Made by a program: the position numbers and the translations under genes. Below, piece after piece: positions 13,601-24,540 of a DNA stretch of 64,000 nucleotides (the stretch's first letter is position 1; every line of letters starts with the position of its first letter). A model generated the notes under the pieces. It searched no databases. It saw only the letters and a program-made list of their open reading frames with translations, and had not been told where the DNA came from. Source of the stretch: Lama glama. Lineage: Eukaryota. The stretch covers positions 26,972,001 through 27,036,000 of the forward strand of contig CM052816.1 in the NCBI GenBank assembly GCA_028534125.1. The letters are read 5' to 3'.

Positions 13601-14191
13601 GAACTAATGAGTGTTTTTAGTACAGTTGCAGAATACAAGATAAACATGTCATCAATAAGCAAAGTAAAAATACATAAAAGCATCAAAAAAACCATAAAAT
13701 ACTTAGATAAAAACTAACAAAATATGTGCTAGATCTGTATGCTGAAAATTATAAATAAATTATAAATACTGATGGAAAAAAAGGCCAAAAAAAACCCAGA
13801 AATAGTATACTTATGACCTAAAGGCTCAATACTGTTAATAAGTTAATTTTCCCCCAGACTAATCTATGGATTCATCACAATCCCAATTAAAATCTCAGCA
13901 GAAATTTTCAGTATAAATCAATAAACTGATTCTTAAATTATATGGAAAGGCAAAGTACTAAAACAGCCAAAACAGTTTTGAAAAGAAAATTCAAGACTCA
14001 GCTACAGTAATCAAGACAGCATAGAACTGGCAAAAGTAAAGTTGAAGATCAATGAAACAAAATGGAGTCCAGAAACAGACCCCCACATATGTGCTCTATT
14101 CATTTTTGACAAAGATGCAAAGGCAACCCAATGGAGAAACTTTTAAGTCTATTTCCTTTAACTTAGTATAAAGCATCTAAACTTCATCAAT

Positions 14192-16223
14192 ACCTACTAT
14201 ATATAGAAAATCCTAAAAGGTCCACAAAAAAACTACTAGAACTAATCAAAGAATTCAGCAAGGTAGCAGGTTACAAGATTAACGTTCAAAAATCAGTTTC
14301 ATTTCTTTAAACTAATGATGAATCAACAAAAAAAGAAAGTAAAGAAACAATCCCCTTTAAAATAGCACCCAAAGTAAAAAAATACCTAGGAATAAATCTA
14401 ACCAAGGAGGTGAAGAATTATACACAGAAAACTATAAACCATTGATGAAGGAAATTAAAGAAGACTTAAAAAAATGGAAAGATATCCCATGCTCCTGGAT
14501 TGGAAGAATCAATATTGTTAAAATGGTCACACTGCCCAAGGCAATCTACAGATTTAATGCAATTCCTATTACCCAGGACATATTTCACAGAACTAGAACA
14601 AATCATAATAAAATTTTTATGGAACCACGAAAGACCCAGAACTGCCAAAGCATTAGTGAAGAGAAAGAAAGAGACTAGAGGAATAACTCTCCCAGACTTC
14701 AGACAATACTATAGAGCTACAGTCATCAAGACAGAATGGTATTGGTACAAAAACAGACATACGGATCAATGGAACAGAATAGAGAGCCCAGAAATGAACC
14801 CACAAACTTTCGGTCAACTCATCTTCAACAAAGGAGGCAAGAATATACAATGGAATAAAGACAAGTCTCTTCAGCAAATAGTGTTGGGAAAATTGGACAG
14901 CTCTATGTATATCAATGAAGCTAGAAGACTCCCTTACATCATACACAAAAATAAACTCAAAATGGATCAAAGACTTAAGCATAAGACAAGATACAATAAA
15001 CCTCTTAGAAGAAAATATAGGCAAAACATTATCTCACATACATCTCAAAAAGATTCTCCTAGGGCAGTCTACCCAACCAATAGAAATATACAGCAAGAAT
15101 AAACAAATGGGACCTAATGAAACTTACAAGCTTCTGCACAGCAAAGGAAACCATAAGTAAAACAATACGACAACCTATGAAATGGGAAAAAATTTTTGCA
15201 AATGATGAAACCAACAAAGGTTTGATTTCCAGAATATATAAGCAGCTTATACAACATAATAAGAACAAAACAACCCATCCAAAAATGGGCAGAAGACCTA
15301 AACAAGCAATTCTCCAAGGAAGAAATACAAATGATCAATAGGCACATGAAAAATGTTCAATATCACTACTTGTCAGAGAAATGCAAATCAAAACTATGAT
15401 GAGGTATCACTTCACACCAGCCATAATGGCCATCATTCAAAAGTCCACAAATGACAAATGCTGGAGAGGCTATGGAGAAAAGGGAACCCTTCTACACTGC
15501 TGGTGGGAATGCAGGTTGGTGTAGCCACTGTGGAAAACAGTATGGAGATTCCTCAAAAGACTAGGAATAGACTTACCATATGACCGAAGAATCCCACTCC
15601 TGGGCGTATATCCAGAAGGAACTCTACTTCAAAAAGACACCTGTGCCCCAATGTTCACAGCAGCACTATTTACAACAGCCAAGACATGGAAACAGCCTAA
15701 ATGTCCATTGACAGATGACTGGATAAAGATGTGGTATATTTGTACACTAGAATACTACTCAGCCATAAAAAACGACAACATAATGCCATTTGCAGCAACA
15801 TGGTGTTCCTGGAGAATGTCATTCTAAATGAAGTAAGCCAGAAAGAGAAAGAAAAATACCATATGAGATTGCTTATATGTGGAATCTAAAAACAAAAACA
15901 AAAAAAGAACATAAATACAAAACAGAAACAGACTCATAGACATAGAATACAAACTTGTGGTTTGCCAAGGGGGCGGGGGATGGGAAGGGACAGATTGGGA
16001 TTTCAAAATTTGTAGATACTCACAGGCATATGCAGAATAGATAAACAAGATTATACCGTAGAACACAGGAAAATATATACAAGATCTTGTGATAGCTCAC
16101 AGCAAAAAAAAAATGTGACAATGATATATGTATGTTCATGTATAACTGAAAAATTGTGCTCTACACTGGAATTTGACACATTGTAAAATGACTATAATTC
16201 AATAAAAAATGTAAAAAAAAAAA
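14192..16223 (+). mobile_element. Young camelid L1, 5'-truncated (~2 kb of ORF2 C-terminus plus 3' UTR and poly-A), frameshifted
   Basis: Well-preserved ORF2 peptides in ORFs 14442-14678, 14500-15102, 14915-15160 and 15117-15341 ([44 protein letters not shown]). TSD CTTCATCAAT at 14182-14191 and 16225-16234. Confidence 0.93.
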
Positions 16224-16799
16224 CCTTCATCAATGTCATTGCATGTACTGAAAAGTACTATCAATCTACTTAATATTTATAGAACATTCCACCCAGTATC
16301 AGACTATACACATTCTTTTCAAGTACACATGTAATATTTACCATGACAGAGCCATAAAACAATCTGTAACATGGTTTTCTTTCAATATATGGTGCTTGAA
16401 TAATGAGCATATGAATAAAAAATGAATCTCAATTCTATAAGAAAATTAACTAAAAATCAAACTGACATTTAAATATAAAAGTTAAAACTATAAAACTTAC
16501 AGAAAGAAACATAAGCAAAATCTTTGGGACCTTGGGTTAACATCACCAAAGTATTTCACATGCAACATCTAAAATGCTATCAATAAGAAGGATAATTCGA
16601 ATGTCACTATAATAATGTTTGCTCTGTGAAAGAAATTTTAAGGGCATAAAAAGACAAGCCACAGACTGGAAAAAATATCTTCAAAACACATATCTGACAA
16701 AGAATTTGTATTTGGAATACTTGAAGAAGTCTTAAAATTCAATAAGGAAACCCACTATAAAATGGGCAAAAGATGTGAAAGAACACTTCATCAAAGAAA

Positions 16800-17094
16800 T
16801 TTAGCTTTTGCTGATTTCTGTGGCCTAACATGCCCTCTGTGGCTGATTACCCCGACTGAATGTGAAGCCAGTAAGATATGTACTTTCTACCATACAGACA
16901 ATAAATAAATAGCCTCAAGAGTATAGAAAATAGTAAAACACAAAAAAGGAATTAGGAAATGATGAATTTTAAATATTTATTACCTTTGTTTTTAATATAA
17001 GTTACTTAAATGTTTACATAACTTAATTTTAACGATGGCTGAATACTAACCAGGTTATAAAATTCCTGAAAATTTATTTCAAGCATGCCACTGC
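16800..17094. mobile_element. MER63-like hAT-Blackjack element
   Basis: CCATACAGAC...CTCAAGAGTATAGAAAATAGTAAAA...TATTTATTACCTTTGTTTTTAATATAA...AAAATTCCTGAAAATTTA...CCACTG. Confidence 0.7.
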
Positions 17095-18150
17095 CTGAAA
17101 TAAAACAACTACTGACAGAGATGTAGAACAATTGAATTCTCACTCATTGAAGAAAATAGTTTGGCAGTTTTCTTTCTCTTTCTTAGGATCTTTTATAATT
17201 TCATTAGATGTCAGAGATAAAATGAATGGAAACATGACCAGAGACTAAAATAGGCAAATCCAGCTGCACTGGTTTCCTTGGGGCTAGCCTTCACAATACA
17301 TAGTAAGTGTGATTCTCTGAATAGGGATAAAATTTCAACATCAAAATAACTTTTATGGATGCCAGGAAATACAGCGACATGCTTTTGTTTTAAAGTATTA
17401 TGCTTCTGATTTAATGAAACCACATATTATCAATTCTCAGACCTGGAGAACACTGTCCTAATGGATAGGATCTTGAATTATATTATTACTACAGCCATTA
17501 ACTTGTGGGACAAAAAGCAAGTAACTTCATCTCCCTGCACCTCATCTCCCTTGAACCTTGCTGGCAGAAAGTCTGGCAGTTTCTTAAGTTAAACATACAT
17601 TTAGAACACAACCATCAATCCTACTTCTAAGTATTTCCCTGAAAGAGATGAAACTTGTGTTCATACAAAAACCTGTACACGGATGTTTGTTAGCTTTACT
17701 CATTAATGCCAAAAACTGGAAACAAGAGAAAGGTCCTTCAACAACAAACAACTATAATACATATATAAAATAAAATACTAATTCAGCAATAAAAAGCCAT
17801 GAACTATTGATACATGCCAACATTAGTAAATCTCAAAATGTTTTAGGCTAAGTTAAAGTAGCTACCTTAAAAAAATTTCACACTGTTTTATGTAATATAA
17901 AATAATTAATTCTATTATATGAAATTCTGGAAAACACAAAACTATAATGCAAAAAATAGATCAGTGGTTGCCAGAGGCTAAGAGTGGGAGAACTACATGA
18001 GAGAATTTTGGGGGGGATGATGGAAGTATCCTATATTTTGACTGAGACGGTAGTGAACTTTACTAACTGAGGTAAATTTTATCTCAACTAAAAAGTATCG
18101 TCACAGGAAAAAACTCAAAAGTTCAATTTTATAGGAAAGTGGGCATTTGA

Positions 18151-18643
18151 GGTGGGGTGGGTATAGCTCAGCGGCAGGGTGCACGCTTAGCATGCACAAG
18201 GTCCTGGGTTCAATCCCCAATATGTCCACTTAAAAAAAAAAAAAAAAAAGACTTAAAGAAAAAAAAAAAAAGGCTGGACCTGGAGATCGTCATTCTAAGT
18301 AAGCCAGAAAAAGAAAAAAGCCATATGATATCACTTATATATGGAATCTAAAGAAAAAAAAAAGGACACAAATGAACTTATCTACAAAACAGAAACAGAC
18401 TCACAGTCATAGGGAACAAACTTAGGGTTACCAAGGGGTAAAGGGGCGGGAAGGGATAAATTGAGAATTCAAAAACTGCACCTCTTGGGATGTAAATGTT
18501 AGCTATTTTGACTGTGATGGTGATTTCATGGATGTACACAGTTATCAAAATTCATCAAATTGTAATCTGAATTATGTGTAGTTTACTGTACAGGAACCAT
18601 ATCACAATAAAACTGTTAAAAATAAGATTTTCTTAAAAAAAAA
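18151..18643 (+). mobile_element. Composite retroelement: tRNA-derived (Vic-1-type) SINE head, A-rich linker, younger L1 3' segment, ancient L1ME/MB-like tail
   Basis: A box TAGCTCAGCGG (18164-18174) and B box GGTTCAATCCC (18207-18217); L1 segment ~18272-18480; old-L1-like tail with AATAAA at 18606. One TSD (14/16 match) at 18135-18150 and 18644-18659. Confidence 0.8.
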
Positions 18644-18787
18644 GACAGAGGGCATTTGAAAATTAACATTAAAAACAAATTTCATTCTTTTTAAGAAAAA
18701 ACCTGCAAAAAAAGAAAAAAGCACTTCTGCCTCAAGCAACTTCAAAGAATAACATTTTTTATAGGCACTAAAAGTAGTTCATTCTAA

Positions 18788-18957
18788 TTATACTGTATAG
18801 CACAGGGAAATATATACAACATCTTGTGGTAGCTCACAGAGAAAAAAAAATGTGACAATGAATGCATGTATGTTCATGTGTAACTGAAAAATTATGGTCT
18901 ACACTAGAATTTGACACAACATTGTAAAATGACTATAGCTCAATAAAAAAAACCCCA
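18788..18957 (+). mobile_element. Very short young camelid L1 3' tail with a perfect 18-bp TSD
   Basis: Closely similar to 16050-16210; AAAAGTAGTTCATTCTAA at 18770-18787 and 18958-18975. Confidence 0.92.
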
Positions 18958-20459
18958 AAAAGTAGTTCATTCTAAAATTCTTAACTTTAATGGTTTCCAG
19001 GGAAAGTGATCAACTAGAGTTATATCTCTTCATAAATCTCTTTCTAGTAATTTTCCATGCTGTTGCCTTTAAATACCTGGTCACAAAATGTTTTTCCTCT
19101 AAAACATGGGTAATTCATAACAAAATTTTCAAAAACTTAATATATTTAAAGTTGGATGCCTACCTAAATATAATTAAGAAAACAAGTTATATGCTTTTAA
19201 AAACTTTTGTGTTGAGACAATGGATATTATAGTTCTTTATCAAGAGTCTCTAGTCTTTATTTAGTCTCTTGATAATGTTACCCACTTTTCAGGGTTTCAA
19301 AGATCATCTCTAAGCAATTAAGTCACTCTAGTTTTCTATTTTATTTCTGTACTATGTGCATATATCAATTACATATTTATCACCTGTTACTGCAGGTATT
19401 TGTTCACACAGCTATGTCTAGTATGTTGACTCTTCTTGGTTCATATACTCCATGAAGGCAGGGACTAGATTTCCAGAGTCTGGTTTAGTGTCAGCACTCA
19501 GTAATTTGACAGACTTCCAAATCTATTATTTCTAGTACATCGAGCATTTCTAGCTGCCTGATGGTATCTTTCTTGGTGTAACTTATACCCAAATGAAATA
19601 AACTTGTAATTCCTTCCCCTAAACAAGTCTTAAGATGTCTATCTTTTAATCTGCTATAGCATCAATTTCCTTCTCTCCTTTATTATTTGCACTTTTCTTC
19701 TTGAGGCCTTTAACCTCAGACTTCAAATTACCTCCAGCTCGTCAACGTACCAATGATACCTCCCACTCAAATTTATCCTTGTAACTGCCAGCCCATTAAT
19801 CTTCCCAGGTGTTTCTGTTACAATCCCTAGAATCTTACACAGCTCTCAACTGCCCACATAATAATTAAAAAGCTCTTCACAGTCTCATCATATCAACTAT
19901 AACATCCTATATTCAGCCTCTCAGAATTATTTATGGTTCCCTGGAATACGTACTGAGCCTTAAGTGACCCACCTTTCAAACTGACTCTCTCTTAAATATT
20001 ACCATCATTGACTTTTCCTAGCCAACAGAAACATTTACTGTTCATCTACTATGTGTCAGGAACAATTTTAGAAGTTAGAATCTCTGCCATTTCACTAGTA
20101 CTTTCAGTGAAAACTGGTGTTTTCAGATCACATAATCACAGTCTATCTATATCAGTTTTCCATACTCCTCTTTCTTCTCCACTGGAGATTTTTCTTTCCT
20201 CAAAGACTTGCATGACCTTCTGATACTTGCATTCCCATTATCATCTAAACAGTATGGCAGAGACTAAATAGTCAAGTATTTACTGAAGTCAAGTACAGTA
20301 TTTTCTGAGCACTTACGGCATGCGGTTACATGGTGGGAAAGGAATCATAAGACCTGTGAATCTCCTACCTGGAAATTTCATTTGAAATGTTGGGGAAACT
20401 GTGGTTCTCAGTTTAACTTCAGCTAACCCTTAAGATTTGAGGTTAGTACAAGAACCTGG

Positions 20460-21560
20460 TGTAAATAACTACAGTCAACTGATTTTCAAAAAGAGTGCCA
20501 AGACCATTCAATAGAGAATTAAGAGTCTTTTCAACAAACAGTGGTGGGACAACTGGATTGCCACATGCAAAAGAAAGAAGTTGGACCTTACCTCACAGCA
20601 TGTACAAAAGTTAACTCAAAATGGATCCAAGCTTTAAATGTAAGCGCCAAACCTATAAAACTCTCAGAAGAAAACAGATATAATCTTCATGACCTTGGAT
20701 TAGGCAAAGGATTTTTATATATGACACTGAAAGTATAAGCAACAAAATAGAAAACACTGGACTTCATCAAAACTTTAAAAAAAAATTTGTTCTTCAAAGG
20801 ACACCATCCAAAACATGAAAAGAATGGGGGGAAATATGCAAACCATGTAACAGATAAGGATATACAAAACCACACTAAGATACCATTTCACATTATACTG
20901 GATAGAATCAAAAAGTCAGAAAGTAAGTGTTGGTGATGATCTGGAGAAACTGGTTCCCTCACACATAGTTGGAATGTAAAATGGTGTGGCCATTTAGGGA
21001 AATCACTCTGGCAATTCTTCAGATGATTAAATGTAGAGTCACTATATAACCCAGCAATTCTACTTGTACACAAATGTTTACTGCAGCATTATTAATAATA
21101 GCCAAAATGTGAAAACAATCTAAATGTCCAACAAATGACAGAATGGATAAACAAAATGTGGTATAGCCATACACTGGAATATTATTTGGGCATAAAAAAG
21201 AGTGAAGTATAGACTTAGAAAACATTATGCTAAATGAAAGAAGCCAATCATGAAAGATCACACATCACATGATTTCATTCATAAAAAGTTCAGAAGAGGT
21301 AAGTCTATAGAGACAGAAAGTCAATTAGTGGTTGCTTAAGGTTGGGGCCAGAGGGGCTTAGGGAAGGTGACGGGAGATGGTAGTTAAAGGGTAGTTAAAG
21401 ATGGGGCTTCTTCTCAGGTGATGAAAATATTTTAAAACTGACTGTGGTAATGGTTGCACATATCTGTGAATATACTAAAACCTACAAAATTGTACACATT
21501 AAATGGGTGAGTTGCATGGTATGTGCATTATATTTCAATAAAGCTGTTAAAAAAAAAAAG
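20460..21560 (+). mobile_element. L1MB-like ORF2 end and 3' UTR, internally deleted
   Basis: ORF 20541-20738 (PYLTACTKVNSKWI); 3' UTR GAGACAGAAAGTCAATTAGTGGTTGC...AAATGGGTGA...TCAATAAAGCTGTTAAAAAA. Confidence 0.82.
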
Positions 21561-22189
21561 AATGGGCATACAATATATATTTCCAGACTCTTTTAAGGCA
21601 TTGTCTTACTAGTTTACATTGCTTTAAGGCAATTATCTTTTAAGCTTAGGGGTATAGCTTCTATTTAAAAAAAAAAAAAAGAAAGAAAGAAAAAAGGCAG
21701 TATTTCTAAACAATTTGGAGACTTACCTCTCAGGTACCAAAAAAGAACAAGCTTTTGCCAAATTTTTTCCCCTCTCACTATCTTCTCTGCTTCCTATGCC
21801 AGCCCTTCAGCACTCTGTTTCATAGTCACAATAGAAACATACACTAGGGGTTTAAAATATGCTTTATCTACTGAATCTTTTTATGTGACTGTTCTTAATT
21901 TTGAAAGGGAAGGAGTTTAATATTGGGATAAAGTATACTCATAACATACAAATACACTAAGCTATATAATCATTACACACTTATTAATTATGACACTGAA
22001 GCTATCTATAATTTGATTTTTACTTATATGGATTTCAATGGACTTTTTTCCTCAAATGCCATCAAAAGAAAATTTCTACATGAATAATATAATTTTAAAA
22101 ACTGACTTTTTTAAAATACAAAGACATTAATTTTTATGTCTTACAATTTACAGCTTAGGTAATAACTATTTTCCTAGGTAATAACTATT

Positions 22190-22380
22190 CAAAGATGATT
22201 ATCTGCATCAGGATCACCTGGGGCTTTGCAATTCACTGTTGTCTATGGACCAGAAGCAATGTCAAGAGGAGAGTTTGTTAAGAATGTAGAATATAGGGCT
22301 TAACTCAGTTCTACAGAATCAGATTTGCACTTTAACAAGATCTCTAGGTACCTTACATATAAAGTTTGAAAAGCAATGAC
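22190..22380. mobile_element. MER5-like hAT-Charlie fragment
   Basis: TGCATCAGGATCACCTGG...CAGAATCAGA...TTTAACAAGATCTCTAGGT...AAAGTTTGAAAAGCAATG. Confidence 0.55.
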
Positions 22381-24315
22381 CTACAACACTTATTAACATC
22401 ATCTGCATTTTAAATAAGAAACTCATGGTTTCTCCTGTACACTGAAATTTGACACGCACTATTCAAAAGAAAAGTGGCGTACTGAAAAAAACATTCCTTT
22501 AGAGCAGTGTTGGTATACTAATAAATAATGCTATATAACTTCCCCAAATAATTTGAAAAGCAAAAACAATTCTTAATTTATAACTCTCACAATTATACTA
22601 CCTTAAAAGTAATAACCTGAATGAGTCTCATGAAATAAGCAGTTTACATGAACAATCAAAACCAACTTCTTAAAAACTTTCACAACGTACTAACCAAAAT
22701 AAATTTATTCATACTCAAAATTCGGCAGAGTTTTACTGAAAAAAAAAAAAAAGGTCAAATAGCTTGTTAACAAGTCCCATCCAAATGGGAACTATAAATT
22801 ATGGTTCCTTTTATTCAACTGTAAAGATTTCAATTAGAATGCTTAGTGTTCACTGTATTCTAGTTTATACTATGTCAATTAAGTTCGTTCTGATCTTTGC
22901 TGGTGGGAAGTCTTTGTAGCCTTTAAAGGAAATATAGATTTTAGGATCCTGCATAGACACTAACTTTCAATACATGTTAAGGGAGCTGTAGAGCATACGT
23001 AAAGGACTACAAGAAAACAAACCCTCAAAGCTAATCTGCTGTGCAAGATTATTTTTTACTACTTCTTAGGAGATGCTGGCTTTGACAACTTACTAAGCAA
23101 ATATTTGCTAAGTGAGAATGTTTAGGATTCGTGAGGAACACGAAAATGATCAAGGCACTATCCTTAGCCCCAAGAAACATATAATCTTGAGGAGAGCTGG
23201 GGTTTGGCCAGGAACCTGCATATTACAATTAGCAGAATGTGGTCAGTACTGAAAACAGTTCCCGGAGTACCCAGTTTCAGGTAACTTAATTTCAGATAAT
23301 GGACACTTTACAGTAATTTCCAATTGATTTGTTGCAGAGCTGAACAACGAGAAAAACTTACTAAAAAGCACTTTAACAGGAAGTACAGTTCAAGGTAAGT
23401 AATTCTCTGGGAAATTTTCTTCTATTTTAATACGCATACACACACACAGTTGGGCTATGAGGTGTGTGTGCTCTCATCAAAGCCGAAGCAATTCATACAA
23501 GAACTGGATAGAGGAGGCCCAAGAAGTTAACTTCATAGAGGGCGTTTCCTTTGACAAAAACAGGAACATTCAGCTTCAGAGATCGCTGATCATGCGAGAA
23601 AAGAGGAAAAGGGAGTGAGGATCTGTTTTTATTTCTCCCCTGGTAACTTTTTAAAAACCCCGCCCCGCACCCATAGCAGTTTCCTGGACGACTTCTTCCC
23701 TTACACTTTATATTTTCTAAACACTAAGAGCCTTTAAAAGTCTAGGAGCTAAAGAAGACAAGCAAAACGGATCAAATGCATTTAACTACACAACAGTCCC
23801 AAGAGAACTAGTAGTCCATAAAGGGCCAGAACCGGGAAAAGTGCATCCACTCAGCGCTCTTTTCGTCGGTCTTCCCTTTCACAGGCACACCCTCCCCTGG
23901 GAAGGGAAAAGCAAGCACCTCTCTAAAGGGGCTGCGGAGGTCCGGCAGCGCGGTGAGGTTTGCTGGAACCCAGGGCAATACCTTCTCTGCTCTCAAAGAA
24001 GAGGTGCAAGTGACACCAAGGAGGACCAGCTGAGCGGGGAAAGGGCACTGCGATGCTCCGTCCGGTTTCGGCCCCGTAGGGGATTATGTCGGCCCCCGGC
24101 CCAAAGGCTGCTCTCCTCAGAAGGCCTAGCCGCTCAGACCAACTCCGGCCCACTGACAGGGACCCGAGGTGGGGCCCGCGTCACAGGTGTCGCCCCAACC
24201 AGGTCCTTGCAAACCCGGGGGGATGGGGAGGGACAAGTCGGGGCAGGGGAAAGGCAACTAAAGGTGAGACGCGCACCAGCGACGGAGCGCAGCACCCACG
24301 GCGACGCGGCCTCAC

Positions 24316-24423
24316 CTCTAAGGTGGAGACAGTGCTGGTGAACAGGTCCTCCCCTTCCTCCAGCTCCTCAAAGTAGGTGGGTTTCCCGTCCCCCAGCGGA
24401 GGAGGCTCCCTCTCGGCCGCCAT
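24316..24423 (-). CDS. SNX2: Sorting nexin 2, coding exon 1 (36 codons, MAAEREPPPLGDGKPTYFEELEEGEDLFTSTVSTLE)
   Basis: Translation matches the recalled SNX2 N-terminus (human MAAEREPPPLGDGKPTDFEDLEDGEDLFTSTVSTLE) and not SNX1. ATG at 24423; GAG|GTGAGG donor at 24316/24315; 108 nt, phase 0; inside a CpG island. Confidence 0.97.
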
Positions 24424-24427
24424 CTTC
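24416..24427 (-). promoter_or_regulatory. TISU / YY1 element overlapping the start codon
   Basis: GAAGATGGCGGC matches the TISU consensus SAASATGGCGGC exactly and contains the YY1 core AAGATGGCGGC. Confidence 0.7.
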
Positions 24428-24467
24428 GCTCGCCCAGACGACTGCGCGAGCGGGACCTCGCGGACCT

Positions 24468-24477
24468 GTCACGTGAG
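24468..24477. promoter_or_regulatory. E-box / CLEAR-like motif (GTCACGTGAG)
   Basis: CACGTG core at 24470-24475; 9/10 match to GTCACGTGAC (TFEB/TFE3/MITF/USF); about 45 bp upstream of the ATG. Confidence 0.6.
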
Positions 24478-24540
24478 CACGCACGGCTTGGGTGGCGCGC
24501 CGGCCGCCGGGCTCCCCCGCCTCCCCTGCCCGCCTCGCGT

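Larger units (their letters stand above)
9660..18095 (+). mobile_element. Long, decayed ancient L1 (5' region, ORF1, ORF2, L1ME/MD-type 3' UTR) with several nested insertions
   Basis: Colinear ORF1 (10700-11400), endonuclease (11650-12350), RT (13000-13700; VGFIPG, NAEKAFAKINIH) and, after the 14140-16375 interruption, ORF2 end and 3' UTR (17570-18095). Confidence 0.75.
3178..24315 (-). other. SNX2: SNX2 intron 1 (21,138 bp, GT-AG)
   Basis: Bounded by the donor and acceptor above; interior mostly L1-derived. Confidence 0.92.

Noticed and set aside
14500..15102. Longest ORF (200 aa) as a host gene
   Set aside because: It is L1 ORF2 sequence in a truncated, frameshifted insertion.
18151..18230. 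Functional tRNA genes at the tRNA-like sequences (also 30740-30820, 50151, 50470-50546, 52190-52259)
   Set aside because: They have A/B boxes but also SINE tails, poly-A and TSDs, and no intact cloverleaf; they are SINEs.
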